The position numbers and the translations under genes were made by a program. Shown piece after piece: positions 1 through 15,577 of a stretch of 64,000 nt of DNA (the stretch's first letter is position 1; every line of letters begins with the position of its first letter). Origin of the DNA: Scenedesmus sp. PABB004 (taxonomy: Eukaryota). The notes under the pieces were generated by a model. That model was given only the letters and a program-made list of their open reading frames with translations. It did no database searches and was not told where the DNA came from. Location of the stretch: positions 62,001-126,000 of the forward strand of contig JABVCE010000028.1 of NCBI GenBank assembly GCA_014905635.1, given 5' to 3'.

Positions 1-79
1 GTCGCGCGCGGCGCTGCGCGGCGGCGCCAGGGCGCTTGCCCCCGCTGCCCCTCTGCCGGCAGCGCGCGGCGCCCGCACC

Positions 80-974
80 TGCAGGTGATGGGCCCGCCCT
101 CCATGCCGGGCAGCGCGCGCGCGTCCACCACAAACAGGGCGCCGCCGCCGCCGCCGGTGCCCAGCGGCGCGACGACGGTCGACACCACGCCTGTCACCAG
201 GGCGCCCTGGAACTGGTGCGCAGCGAGGCAGCCAAACGGCGAGCCGTGCGCCACCAGGGGCAGGCCCGGCCCCAGCGCGCAGCAGCCGCAGGCCGCCGCC
301 TGCCGCGGCGCGCGCTCCGCCGCGGCCGCCGCCCGCCGCATCGCCTGCAGCAGCGCCTCGGCGCCGGCGACGCCGGGCTCCAGCTCCAGCACCGCGACGT
401 GCGCCAGCTGCGTTGGGGTGGCCGCCTCGGCCGGCTGCCCCTCCGCGAGCGCCCAGCCGAGCTTCCAGGCGCCCGCAGCGCCCGCCGCGTTTGCGTCGCG
501 CAGCAGCGCCTCGGCGCCCGACAGCGCGGCCGGCAGCGCTGCGACGCGCGCGAGGCGCGCCGGCGCGCGCAGCAGCCGCCCGCCGCCGCCCGGCTCGCGC
601 GCGAGCACCTCCAGGCGCGTGCCGGGCGCGAGGCGCGTGCCGTCCGCCTCGGCGGGGCGCCGCCGCGCGTCCGGCAGCAGGAACGGGTGCAGGCAGCTCA
701 GCGGCGCGAGCACGGCGATCGGCGCGCCCGCGCCCGCGTCCCGGCCGGGCGGCGGCAGCAGCGCCAGCCCGCTCGCCGACAGCGCCGTGCGGCCGGGGCC
801 GTCGGCGGCGTGGAACGGCACGCCGCCCGCCCGTGCGCGCTTGGCGTCGGGGCCGCGGACCTCCACCTGCACCGCCAGCGCGGGCGTCGGCGGCGGGCAC
901 GCGTGCGTCGGCGGCGGGCGCGCGCGCGCCTCCACCTGCGCAGCGGCCGGCTGACGCTGCGCGTCCGCCGCCAT
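80..974 (-). CDS. DEG15: Peroxisomal processing serine protease DEG15/TYSND1-like, 5' part; the gene continues off the left edge
   Basis: The minus-strand translation (absent from the ORF track) gives VQVEVRGPDAK..PFH..GRTALSASGLALL, HGSPFGCLAAHQFQGALVTGVVS and LFVVDARALPGMEGGPIT, matching recalled plant DEG15 motifs (VEGPDPK..LSASG, GSPFG, D.RCLPGMEG). The exon ends at a CAG|GTGCGG donor near 79. Confidence 0.8.
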
Positions 975-1213
975 CGGGCACGCTGGCATGCACGCTTCGC
1001 CGGCCGGCACGCACGCCGACACGGCGCCGGTGTGTGGGGAGACGTGCGGCGGGCGACTGGGCAGCCCCGCGAGCGGTGGGGTCCAGGGCGCAGCGGCGGC
1101 GCCCGCGGAACTGCCGCCGCGGCGCGCACGGCGGTCGGCGGCGTCGCCGCGCCATCCCAGACACCGCCCGCGGCGAGGTCTCCACGCACGGCGCGGCGGC
1201 GCGGCGGTCCGCG

Positions 1214-3753
1214 ATGGCGTCGTCGTTCAAGGCCACCGAGAAGTACCGGTGCACGCTCCTCTCGCCCGACGGCGGCTCCGAGCGCGTCACGGTGCAGCTG
1301 TCCATCGAGGGGCTGAAGATTCTGAACGCCGACGCCAGCCGCACGATGCGTTCCTACAACCTGCGCAACGTGGCGCGCTGGGAGCTCATGGACACATCCA
1401 CGGTCATCTGGACCAAGACCGACGTGGACCTCGAGGAGCGCCCGCTCACGCTCTCCAGCGACCCCACCACCATCCGCAACGTCGTCGACACGCTGGCCTG
1501 CTGCTGCATGCAGTGAGCGGCGCGCGGCGGCGGCGCAAGCACGCGCAGCAGCGGCGGCGCCGCTGCTCGCTGCCCGCCCCGCCGCGCCGCGCCGCGCCGC
1601 GCTGCGCGCCCACCGCCCCTGCGCCGCCGCGCCGCCAGGCTGGCGGAGTTCATCAAGGACAAGGAGGCCGACCACGCGGCGGCCAGCAACCTGGAGGAGC
1701 TGGCCGCGGGCGGCGGGCGCACGCGGCGCGCGGCCAAGGTGCGTGCGCCACGCCAGCGGCGACGCCGCGGCGCCAGCCCCGCGCGCCAGCGGCGGCGGCG
1801 GATCGCGGCGCGCCGCGCGCGCCGCCGGGCGCCGGCCCCGCCGCAGCGGCCGCGCCGCGCCGGGCGCCGGCCGCGCTGCAGCGCGCGGCGCGCGTCCATG
1901 CGGCCAGCTGCCGGCGGGCGCGCGCGCGCCGACGCCGCGCCGCCCGCGGCCGCAGCTGCCGTCGGTGGACAGCGTTGAGTACTGGCGGTCGCCGGAGAAG
2001 GCGGGGTGGCTGCAGAGCCAGAGCGAGGTGATGAAGATGTGGCGGCGCCGCTGGTTTGTGCTCAAGCAGGGCTACCTCTTCAGATTCCTCTCGCCAGACG
2101 TCTCCGGTGCGGCGCGCCGGCCGCCGGCCGCCGGGGGCGGAGCGCTGTGTCGTGCGCGCGCCGACGCCGCGGCGCGCGCCGCGCCGCGGCGCGCGCAGAG
2201 TCGGTGAAGCCGCGGGGCGTGGTGGACCTGAGCAAGGTTCAGGACGTGCGCGACGGCCGCGGCGTGACGGGCAAGGCCAACACCGTGCAGCTCAAGACCT
2301 CCAGCGGCGGCGGCGTCTGCTACGTGTGCGAGTCGGGTGCGTCGTCAGGCCCGCCGCGAGCACGGGCGCGGCCGCCGCGGGCGCGGGCGCAGCGCGCCGA
2401 CGCCGTGCCGCCTGCCGCGCCGCCCACGCCTGTGAGCGCAGAGACGGAGATGGTGGAGTGGATCAGCGCGCTGGAGGGCAGCGTGTCGCGTATCGTCAAG
2501 CAGCTCGCGGGCGTGGACGACAGCCCGCCGCCCAGCGGCTCGCGCGACCGCGAACGCCACAGCCACCGCAGCAGCAGCCGCTCCGAGCGCGCCGGCGGCG
2601 GCGGCAGCAGCAACAGCGCGTCGGAGTGGGCCCGCGCGATGGAGCGCAGCATGAGCCAGGGCGCCGGCGGCGGCGGCGGCGGCAGCAGCAGCAGCCGCGA
2701 CCGCCGCGGCGGCGGCAGCACCATGGTCAGCGTCGTGGGCTACGACGGCGGCGGCGGCGGCAGCGGCAGCGGGCACGCGAGCGCGCCGAGCGCGGCGCCG
2801 GGCTACGGCGGCGGCTACGGTGGCGGCGGCGGCGGCGCCGACCCCTACGGCGGCATCTCCAGCTACAGCCAGGTCAGCGGCGTCGCCGGCGTTGCGGGCG
2901 CGCTGGACGACCTGTCGCTCAACTACGGCGGCTACGGCGGCGGCGGCGGCGCCCCGGCGGGCGGCGGCCGCGGCGGCGCCAGCGGGTACGGCGCCTACGG
3001 CGGCGGCGGCAGCGGCGGCGCGTACGGCGACGCCGGCGGCAGCGCCGGCTACGGGGCGAGCGCCGGCGCCAACTACGGCTACGGCAGCGCGCCCGCGCCG
3101 GCGGCCTACGGCGGCGGCGGCGGCTACGGCGGCGAGGCGGCCGGCGGCTACGGCGGCGGTGGCGGCTACGGGGAGCCCGGCGGCGGCGCCAACGGCGCGT
3201 ACGGCGGCTACGGCGCGCCGGCGCAGCAGCAGCCGCCCGCGAGCGCCTACGAGCAGCAGCAGCAGCCCGCCGGCGGCTACGAGCAGCCGGGCGCAGCGTA
3301 CGGCGGCTACTACAGCCAGCAGCAGCAGCAGCCGCAGCCGCCGCAGCAGCAGCAGCCGCAGCCGGGCGGCTACGGGCAGGGCGTGGGCGTGTCGCTGATG
3401 GACCAGGTGCCGTCGCAGCAGCCGGGGTATCCCTGCTACCAGCAGCAGCACCCCGCCGCGAGCCAGGTGCGCGCGCAGCAGACAACTCTGCCGCGGCGGC
3501 GAGGCGGGGCCAGGGGGGCATGCAGGCGGCGCTGCACGCAGCGCGGCACGCGCCGCTGACCGCCGCGCCTGCCACCTGCCTGCGCCGCCGCCCGCAGCCC
3601 TCCGCCGGCCAGGAGCTGCCGGCGCCCGCGCCCGCCGCCGCGCCGGCCGCGCCGCCGGGCGGGTGGCAGGTGCACGCGACGGCCGAGGGGCGCCCGTACT
3701 ACTACAACCCCGCTACGAACGTGACGCAGTGGGAGGCGCCGCCGGGGATGTGA
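1214..3753 (+). CDS. Multi-exon PH-domain protein with a Gly/Tyr/Gln-rich linker and a C-terminal WW domain
   Basis: ATG at 1214. Exons 1214-1512, 1639-1738, ~1956-2106 and onward, with GT-AG introns. PH motif KAGWLQSQSEVMKMWRRRWFVLKQGYLFRF..KPRGVVDL..EMVEWISALE. WW motif GWQVHATAEGRPYYYNPATNVTQWEAP, stop at 3753. Confidence 0.85.
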
Positions 3754-4085
3754 GCACTGGGGCGTTGCGTTGGCGGCGGGCGTTGACGCGGGGCGCTGTT
3801 GCGGCGGTTTGCGGCGGCGGTACTGAAAACCCGTGCGCGCGCCGACGCGCCCCAGGCGCGGACTCTCACGGCAGGTCGATCACCGTGATCGAGAGCCGCA
3901 GCCCCGCGATCCGCCCCAGCGCGGCGGCCGACGCACGCAGACGAGCGCCGCAGCAGCAGCAGCGGCGCGGCCGCCCCCTCGCGCTTAGGTCGCGCACAGC
4001 AGGCGCTCGCGCTCGCTCGCTCAGCCACGCGATCAGGCAGCTGCCAGCCGGCCCTGGCGCAGGCCGCGGCGCGGCGCGGCAGCAG

Positions 4086-7000
4086 ATGGCGGCGGCAGCA
4101 GAGTGAGTGGCTGGGCGGGGCTGCAGGCCCTGCGCAGCCCCCGTTCTTCGCAGATCCACCCTGGCGTGGCGCGGGGGGCGGCTGGCCCGCGAAGCGACCG
4201 CCGCAACCGCCGCCGCAACCGCCCGCGCCGCAGGCCGCCGGCGGCGGCGCCGGTGGACCGCCTCTGCATCAACTGCTGGTCCGGCCCGCGCTGCTGCAGC
4301 ACCAGCCTCATGTACGCTTTCGCGCAGCGCAGCGACACCCAGGCGCGCGCGCTGGCGCGCGTGGCGCGGTGCCGGCAACGCGGCGCCGGCCAACGCGGCG
4401 CAACTCGGGCTGCGAGCGCAGCGCGGCGCATGCTGCACGTCAGCCGCACCGCGCCGACGCGCGCGTCAGGTGCTGGACGAGCCGCTGTACGCGTCCTATC
4501 TCGCCATCACCGGCGCCGCGCGGCCGTACCGCGACCTCGTGCTGGCGGCGCAGGACGACGACGCGCACCGGTGGGGGCGCGCGTGGGCCATGCCCGCGCG
4601 CCCATGCCCGCACGCGCCCATGCCCGCCCGCGCGCCTGCAGGGTCGCCGCGAGCATCCTGGGGCCGCGCAGCAAGCCGGTGCTGTACGCCAAGCACATCA
4701 GCAAGCACAAGGTGGGGCTGGACGATTCGCTGTGGAAGGGGGCGACGCACGTGGTGAGCCTGTCGCACGGCGCTGGGCGGCGGGCGCGGGCCCGAGCCTG
4801 TGCCGCACGCACCTGCGCCGACCGCGCCGCCGCCGGCGGGGTCGGGGTCCCAGCTGCTGCTGCGCGAGCCGTACGGCGTGGTGCAGTCCTTCTCCAAGGT
4901 CCTCGCGCCCTCCCTGCTCGAGCTGGGCTACGCGGCGCTGCTGGAGATTTACAGCGAGCTGCGCGCCCTGGGGTGCGCCGCGCCGCGCCGCCGCAGCAGC
5001 GCCGCCCCCGCCGCGCCGCGGGTGCCGACCGCGGCGCCGCCGCCCCGCGCGCGCAGGCGGCCGCCGATCGTGGTGCTCAGCGACGAGCTTGTGCGCCACC
5101 CGGAGGCCATGCTGCGCGCGCTGTGCGCGGCGCTGGAGCTGCCGTGGCAGCCGAGCATGCTGCACTGGCCGTCGGGCCCCAAGCCCTATGACGGCGTGTG
5201 GAGCCCCTGGTGGTACGCCAATACTCACAAATCAACCGGATTCGACTTTGGCTGGCGGTGCGCTGCTGCCGCCGCGCGGCGGGCGCGCGCCGCCGCTCGG
5301 GGCCGCGAGTCGCCCGCCCGCGGCACGCGCCGCGACGGCGCCCAGCCGCGCCCCGCGCCGCGCCGCTCGCGGGCCGCCCGCAGCGACGTGAAGGAGCCGC
5401 TGCCGGACCGCCTCAAGCCGCTGCTGGGGGAGTGCTGGCCCGCGTACGAGCTGCTGCGCCGCCACGCGCTCAAGCCGCTGCCGGCAGACGCGGTGCCGCG
5501 GTGCGGGCGCTGTGCGCCGCCGCGCGCCCGCCGCCCGGCGCCCGGCGCCTGCGGCTGACGCCCGACCTGTGCGCGCCGCAGGCCGCTCGGCGCGCCGCGC
5601 GGGCAGTCGTCGCACTCGCTGCGCCTGACCAAGGACAGCGACACGCCCAGCGCGTCGCCGCGCTACGGCGGCGGCGCCGCGCGGCCGGGCGGCGCGCTCA
5701 CGCTGTCGGTCAGCGCCGACCACGCGACGCTCGCGGCAGCAGCGGAGCGCGCCGGCGCTGCAGGTGCGGGCCGCTCTGCCGCGCGGCAGCGGCGGGTGTG
5801 CGGGCGCGGGCGTGGGCGTGTGTGCCGCCCGCCCCCGCCGGCGCTCGCCGCCGCGACGCGTCGCCACCGCTCTGCGCCGCGCCGCGCCCGCCGAAGGCCG
5901 CGCGTCGCTCGAGGACGCCACGGGCGGCGCTGCGCCGGGCGCGGGGGGCGCGAGCAGCGCGCTCGGCAGCCACGTGTGCGCGCCCGACCCGCGCAACGCG
6001 GACGTGCTGGTGGGCGTCCGGGACGGCGTCGCCGACTGCTTTGACCTCGTGTGGCGCCCCCAGGCGCGCGTGTCGGTGCTCGACTCTGGCTTCCTGCTCG
6101 GCGACGGCGTGTGGGAGGGGCTGCGCGTCGTCAAGGGTGTGCGCCGCCGCCCGGGCGCGGACCGCGGCGCGGCCCCCTGCGGCGGCGCTCGGGCGCACCG
6201 CCGCCCCGGCCCGGCCCGACGCGCCCGTCCCCTCTCCTCTGCCCCACTCCTGCCCCGCGCGGCCAGGCGTGGTCGCGTTTGCGAAGCCCCACCTGTCGCG
6301 CCTGTACGAGGGTGCCGCCGCGCTGGACATGGACATCGGGCTGTCCCCCGCCGCGCTGCTGGGCCTCGTGTATTCGACACTCGACGCCAACGGCATGGCC
6401 TCCGCGAGCGGCGTGCACGTGCGGCTCGTTGTCTCGCGCGGGCTCAAGGCCACGCCCTACCAGGCGCCCGCGGTCACGGTCGGCAAGCCCACGGTCGTCA
6501 TTCTGCCCGAGTGGAAGGACCCCGCGACGGGTGCGGAGGCGGCGCACGCGGCGCGCGGCCGCCAGCGAGCGCGTGCGCGCGCTGGGCGGAGCCCAGCGCC
6601 GCCGCCATTGCCGCCCTGACGCCCCTGACGCCCCTGACGCCCCTGACGCCCCTCCCCCCCCCCTTCTCCTGTGTCTCGCCGCGTGCCGGGGTTGACCACG
6701 GCCAGGGCCGCGCGAGCGGGGCATTCGGCTCTTCACCACGCACGTGCGCCGGGGCCCGCCCGACGTGCAGGACCCGGGCTGGAACAGCCTCAGCAAGCTC
6801 AACTGCATCGCCGCCTGCATCCAGGCGCGCCCGGGAGGCTGCGCCGCGCCCGCGCGCGCTGCCGCCGCCGCCGCGCGCTGCCGCGGCTGCGGCGCGCCCG
6901 CTCGCACGGCACGCCCACACGCCGCCGCCGCCGCCGCCGCGCGCCCTGCACCCGTGCGCCGCAGGCGTCCAAGGCGGGCGCTGACGAGGCGCTGATGCTG

Positions 7001-7716
7001 GACCCGCAGGGCTTTGTCGCGACCTGCAACAGCACCAACTTTTTCATCGTGCGCGAGGGAGAGGTGCGGCGGCGCGCCGGGGGCACGTGCGTGGGTGGAT
7101 GATGGGGGGGGGGGGGCGGCATGAAAGTGACGCAGAGGCCGCGTCAGCAGGGGGTGCGGTGGGCGGGGCCGGCGGCGCGCCCGCCCAGCGCCGCGCCGCG
7201 CCGCGCCGCGCCGCGCGTGCGTGCGCAGGTGTGGGTGCCGCGCGGCGCATACCTCATGCGCGGCGTGACGCGGGCCAACGTGCTGCGCCTGTGCGCCGCG
7301 CACGGGCTGCCGCTGCGGGAGTGCGACTTCTACCTCACGCAGGCACGCCGCGGCACGCAGCGCCCCCGGGGCGGCGCACACAGCGCACCCGGGCCGCGCT
7401 GGCCGCCCTGCCTGCCCGCCCGGCGGCGGCCGCGCGGGCGGTGCGAGGCTGGCGCGCCGGGCGCCGCTCGGGCGCCGAAGCGTCGCCGCCGCCGCTCGGG
7501 CGCCGCCGCGGCGCGCCGCAGGTGTACGGCGCGGACGAGGCGTTTGTGACGGGCACGTTTGCGGGGGTCGTCCCGGTCGTCGAGGTGGACGGCCGCCGCA
7601 TCGGCAGCGGCAGCCGCGGCCCGCTCACGGCGCAGCTGCAGGCGCTGTATGCGGCGATGGTGGAGGCGGACGTCGCCGGCGGGCGCGAGGCGTGGCGCGA
7701 CGACGACGACGAGTGA
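4086..7716 (+). CDS. Branched-chain-amino-acid aminotransferase-like protein: N-terminal sulfotransferase-like P-loop domain fused to a class IV PLP aminotransferase
   Basis: N-domain INCWSGPRCCSTSLMYAFAQRSDTQVLDEPLY..MLHWPSGPKPYDGVWSPWWYANTHKSTGF. C-domain VSVLDSGFLLGDGVWEGLRV..HLSRLY..DEALMLDPQGFVATCNSTNFFIV..GVTRANVL..YGADEAFVTGTF. Many introns, three with GC donors. Confidence 0.88.
6614..6652 (+). repeat. Intronic 9-bp tandem repeat (CCCTGACGC) x4
   Basis: Read directly. It lies in intron ~6531-6705, and each unit contains the branch-point-like CTGAC. Confidence 0.85.
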
Positions 7717-8047
7717 CGCCGCCGCCGGCGGCCGGCAACGCGGCCCCCGACTCCACCCACACCCCCGAACCCAGCTCCCGTGCCACCCACCCAGCAGCCC
7801 CGCCCAGCCCTCGCCGCCGCCGCAGCGCCCGCTGCTGCTCGCCCGCGCTGCGCTCGTGAAGCCAAGGGAGGGCGTCTCCCGGCGCCGCAGTCGCACATTG
7901 CTTTTGCGGTCCCTTTGGAGCCCGCAGCGCGGCCCGATCTGCGACTCACCCGGCGCTGGCAGCAGCGGCAGCGCCGGTGCCGCCGCTGCGCCCGCCGGCA
8001 TGGCGCGCCCCGGCCGCCCCGGGCGCGCTAGGAGGTAGAGGCCGGGG

Positions 8048-11124
<3,077 letters not shown>

Positions 11125-11339
11125 CCCCGGCCCGCCAGCGCCGGGCGCGCCGGGCGGCGGGCGCGCGGGCCGTGAACGGCCGCAGACGCGCGCACGCGTG
11201 TGGGGCGCGCTGCGGCCCGAGCTCGAGAGCGCCGCGAGGCGCAGCTGCCTGTAGAGCTGGGCAACGCCGCCGCCGTGCGGACGCGGACGCGGGCCCTCGT
11301 GCGTTACCGCTCACGCGCTCCCTCTCCCGCACACGCGCA

Positions 11340-11340
<1 letters not shown>

Positions 11341-11412
<72 letters not shown>
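11341..11412. repeat. (GCCCGC)12 hexamer tandem repeat between the convergent FkbM and CDPK 3' ends
   Basis: Read directly. Confidence 0.95.
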
Positions 11413-11413
<1 letters not shown>

Positions 11414-11456
11414 CAGTGCCCAGAGCTGACTGAGCTGACCAGGCCGCGCCGCCGCG

Positions 11457-14400
11457 TCAGCCGGCCATGGCGGCGCTGCCGCCGGGTGCGAGGCGGTCGT
11501 CGTACATGGAGAGGCTGTCGGGGGCGACGTTGTCGCGCAGCAGGTTGTAAAACTCCTGCGCGCCACGGGTGAGGGTGAGTGTGATTGTGTGTGTGTGTGT
11601 GGGGGGGAGTGGTGTGAGGGGAGAGTGGTGTGTGGGGGGCGAGCCAGAGGCGCGGGGCGCGAGGGCGTGCGGTGTGGGGGCGAGCGAGCGGTGTGGGGGC
11701 GAGAGAGGCCGCGGGCGCGCGCGGCCCCGCCGCGCGCCGCGCGCGCCTGGCGGCTGATGCGGCCGTCGCCGTTCTCGTCGGCCTCGCGCAGCATGCGCTT
11801 CGCCTCGGCGATGCGCTCGTCCTCGCTGCGGTGTGTGTGTGTGGGGGGGGGGAGGAGGGTCAGTTTCGGGCTCTGTGCTCGGCGCCGCCCCGCTCTGTGC
11901 TCGGCGCCGCCCCGCGCGCACACACACACAAGGACGCGCCGCGAGCAGCACGCGCCCAGTCCAGCATGCAGACCCCCCCTCCAGTGTTCGCGCGGCCGCC
12001 ACCTGCTTGGCTCGTTGAAGTATGCGGCCGGCAGCTCGCTGAGGAGCTCGTCGAGGTCGATGTAGCCGTCGCCGTCGAGGTCCATGCGCCCAAACGCCTG
12101 GTCCACGTAGCTCTGCCACTCCGCCTCCTGCATCACCTACGGGGGGGGGGGGGGGGGGGGGGGAGGGGGACGCGACGCGCAGCGCGGGCGCTCGGCCCGC
12201 CGCTGCCGCCCGCCGCGGCGCGGCGCGCGCGGGGAGGCCGCCGGGCGCCCCCACTCCAGCCCCCCCCCCCCCACAGCCCCCTGCAGCCCCCCTACAGCCC
12301 CCTGCAGCCCCCCCCCCCCACCCACACACGCCCCACGCCCCCCCCCCCCCCACAGACACGCACGCACCGTGCCCCAGTCTATGAGCGTGGCCAGGAACTC
12401 GTCGCCGCCCACGTTGCCGTCGTGGTCCATGTCCATCTTCTCCATCAGCTGACGCACCTGGGCGGGGTGCAGGGGGGCGGGGGGTCAGGGGTTTAGGGGT
12501 TTAAGGGGTTCAAGGGTGACCAGGGTTCAGGGGTTAACCAGGGGGTTGAGGGTTAACCAGGGGGTCCAGGGGTTCAACGGCGGGGCTGCTGCTGCGCGGG
12601 CGGGCAGCAGGCAGGCGCGGCGCGGCGCAGCGCGCGGGCCCCAGCCCGCCAACCCGCCCACACACACGCTCCCCCCACACCCACCCACACCCACCCACCC
12701 ACCCACACACACCCACCCACACCCCGCGCCCACCTCGCTCTCGTTCACCACGTAGCCCTGGCCCCGCAGGCCCTCAGCGAGCTCCTCAAAGCTGATCGTC
12801 CCGCTCTTGTCCTTGTCGTACGCGGCAAACAGCTCCTGCGCGCCACCGCACGGCCGGCCAGCGCGGCAGGGCGTCAGACCGGCCGACGCTGCTCGCCGCG
12901 CGGCGCCGCCCCCGCGCCGCAGCCGCCCCGCCCCCGCGCCGCCGCCCCAAGCCGCCGCAGCCCCGCGCCGCAGCCGCCCCCGCGGGCCCCGCGGGCCGCC
13001 GCCGCGCCTGCAGGGCCGCGCCGAAGCTGGGCGCCTTGCCGCGCGCGCGCATGTCCTCGGTGATCATGCGCAGCACGACCTGCTTGAGGTGCGTGTACGT
13101 CGCAAAGCGCTGCAGGCGCTGCACCACGCTGCCCTGCGCGTGGGTGGGCGGGCGGGCGGGCGGGTGCGTGGGTGCGAGTGTGTGGGCGCGGACGCGGGCG
13201 TGGGTGCGGGCGGCACAGGAAACGCCGCCGGCGCCGCCGGCAGCACGCGCCGTGCGCCGCGACAGCAGTAACGCTGCGCGCGCCGCGGGCGCCGCGGGCG
13301 CCGCCGCCGCGGCGCGCCTGCAGGGGCATGTCTGTCGCGGTGCCCTCGAGCGCGAGCCAGGGGTGCTCGAGCGCCTCCGCCGCGCTGGGGCGCATGACGG
13401 GGTTGCGCTGCAGCAGGCGCTCGAGCAGGTCGCGCGCACTCGCGCTCAGCGGGCGCAGCTCGGGCGCGTCCCAGTCAATCTCGCTCGACAGGATGGCCTG
13501 TGCGTGTGTGTGTGTGTGTGTGTGGGGGGGGGGGGGGTTGAGGGTATGGCGGGGCGGGGGGCGGGGCGTGAGGCGTGAGGCAGGCGGGCGTGAGGCGGCG
13601 GCGGCGCCCGAGGCGCCTGGAGCGTCTCCCACCCGGCGCCGTCCCGTGGGTGGCCCCACCACCCCCCACACCCCAACCCCACCCCCACCCCCCGCCCGCC
13701 GCCACCCCCCACCTGCGTGCGCGCGGCGAGGTCCATGTGCGCCAGCGCCGCGACGCGCAGCCGGTGCGGCGCGCCGCCGCGCAGCCCGAGCGCGTCGCCC
13801 GCGGCGGCCGCGACCGCGGCCGCCGCGCGCAGGCCGGCCCAGCGCGAGCCGCCCATCACCTTCCAGACGTCGCTGAGCGTCTCGTTGCGCACGTCGTCCC
13901 AAAAGGGGAAGCGCCCCGTGAGGAGCTGGTAGGCCAGCATGCCCACGCTCCACACGTCGGCGCGCTCGTCGTAGCACTGCATCACCAGCTCGGGCGCCAT
14001 GTACGCGGGCGTGCCTGCGGCGCGGGGGGGGGGGGTGAGTGTGGGTGGGTGGGTGGATGGGTGGGCGGGGGGGTGGGGGGGTGGGGGGGTGTGTTGGAGA
14101 GGGAAGGGGGAGGGGGGTGAGAGGCGGGCGGCGCCCGCTGCCACAACACGGCGTGAGCTGGGTGACGGCCGCGAGGTCGGAGCACATGAGCTGCTGCGCC
14201 TGATACGGTGCACCAGCTGATGTGCTCGACCTCGCGGCCGTCGCCGAGCACACGCCGTGTCGCGGCGGTGCGGTCCACACCGCGCGCGGCCGCGCCCGCC
14301 CGCCGCCCGCCCGCCCGCCGCCGCTCCTTCGCCCCCTCCCCGCCCGCGCGCCTCTCCTCCCGCGCGCGCGCGCGCACCGCTTCTGCTCGTGAGCTTTGGC

Positions 14401-15543
14401 TCGTGCGCGGCGTGGCGTATGCTCAGCCCAAAGTCGGTCGCCTTGAGCGGGCTGCCCTCGGCGGGGGTGAGGAAGAGGAAGTTGTCGGGCTTGACGTCGC
14501 GGTAGATGATGCCCTGGGGTTTAGGGGGGCAGGGGGGGGGGCAGGGGTTTAGGGGGAGAGGGGTTTAGGGGTTTAGGGGGGAGGAGGGAGGAGGGCGAGG
14601 GTGTGGAGGTTGGAGGGAGGTTTGGAGAGGGGGGCGAGGAGGACGAGGGCGGGACAGACCCTCTCCCCGCGCCACGCGCCCCCCCCCCCCCCCCCCGCTG
14701 CACCTTTGCGTGGCACTGCGCGATGAAGCGCAGTATGCTGCGCACGAGGCGGCTGATGTACGCCTCGCTGTACACGCCGCTCTCAACGCGCTCCAGCAGC
14801 GCGCCGCCCTGCGGCGCACCACCACGGGGGGAGGGGCGCGGTGCGGTGCGCGCGCGCGGGGTGGGCGGGTGGGCGGGCGGGCGGGCGGCGCGCAGCCGCG
14901 CGCCGCCCTGCCCCCGCCACGCCTGCCCCCTCCTTCCTCCCCTCACACAGCCACAGCCACACGGCCACCCACACCCACCCACTCACACACAGCCACACCC
15001 ACACCCACCTCGCAGAGCTCCATGACCATGTGCACGTTGGCGTCGTCCTCGTACACATCGTGCAGGTGCACCGCGTTGAGGCTCACGCCCAGCTGCTGCA
15101 TCACCTCCACCTCGGCGCGCAGCTTCAGCAGGTACCTGGGCGCGGGGACGCAGCGGGCGCGGGCCGGCGCGCGGCGCGCTCGCAGGGCGGCGGCGCGCGG
15201 CTCGCTCGCAGGACGGCAGCGCCGCGCGCTCGCAGGACGGCGCTGGCGCGCGCTCGCAGGACGGCGGCGCGCGCGCGCTCGCAGGGCGGCGGCGCGCGCG
15301 CTCGCAGGACGCCCCCTCTTCCCCCCCTCCCCCTTGCCCTCGCGCGCTCGCGCGCCCGCCCCGCTCACCGCGGCGTGGGCGCGCCGCGCTTGGGCACCTT
15401 GCTGACAGTCTTGACCGCGAAGCGCCGCCCCGTGGTGACCTCGATGCCCTCCCGCACCACGCCAAAGCTGCCCGCGCCGATGACGCGGCCGAGGTAGTAG
15501 GAGTCGAGCAGGTTGCTGCGCGCGCGCGCGTGTGTGTGCGAGT

Positions 15544-15577
<34 letters not shown>

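Noticed and set aside
1505..1516. CCCMQ-TGA as a possible selenocysteine or readthrough site
   Set aside because: The TGA is part of the CA|GTGAG splice donor, and the frame resumes at 1639.
12481..12575. Chromosome end or fusion site suggested by TTTAGGG repeats
   Set aside because: The repeats are short, degenerate and inside introns of intact genes. They are kept only as an intron-motif finding.
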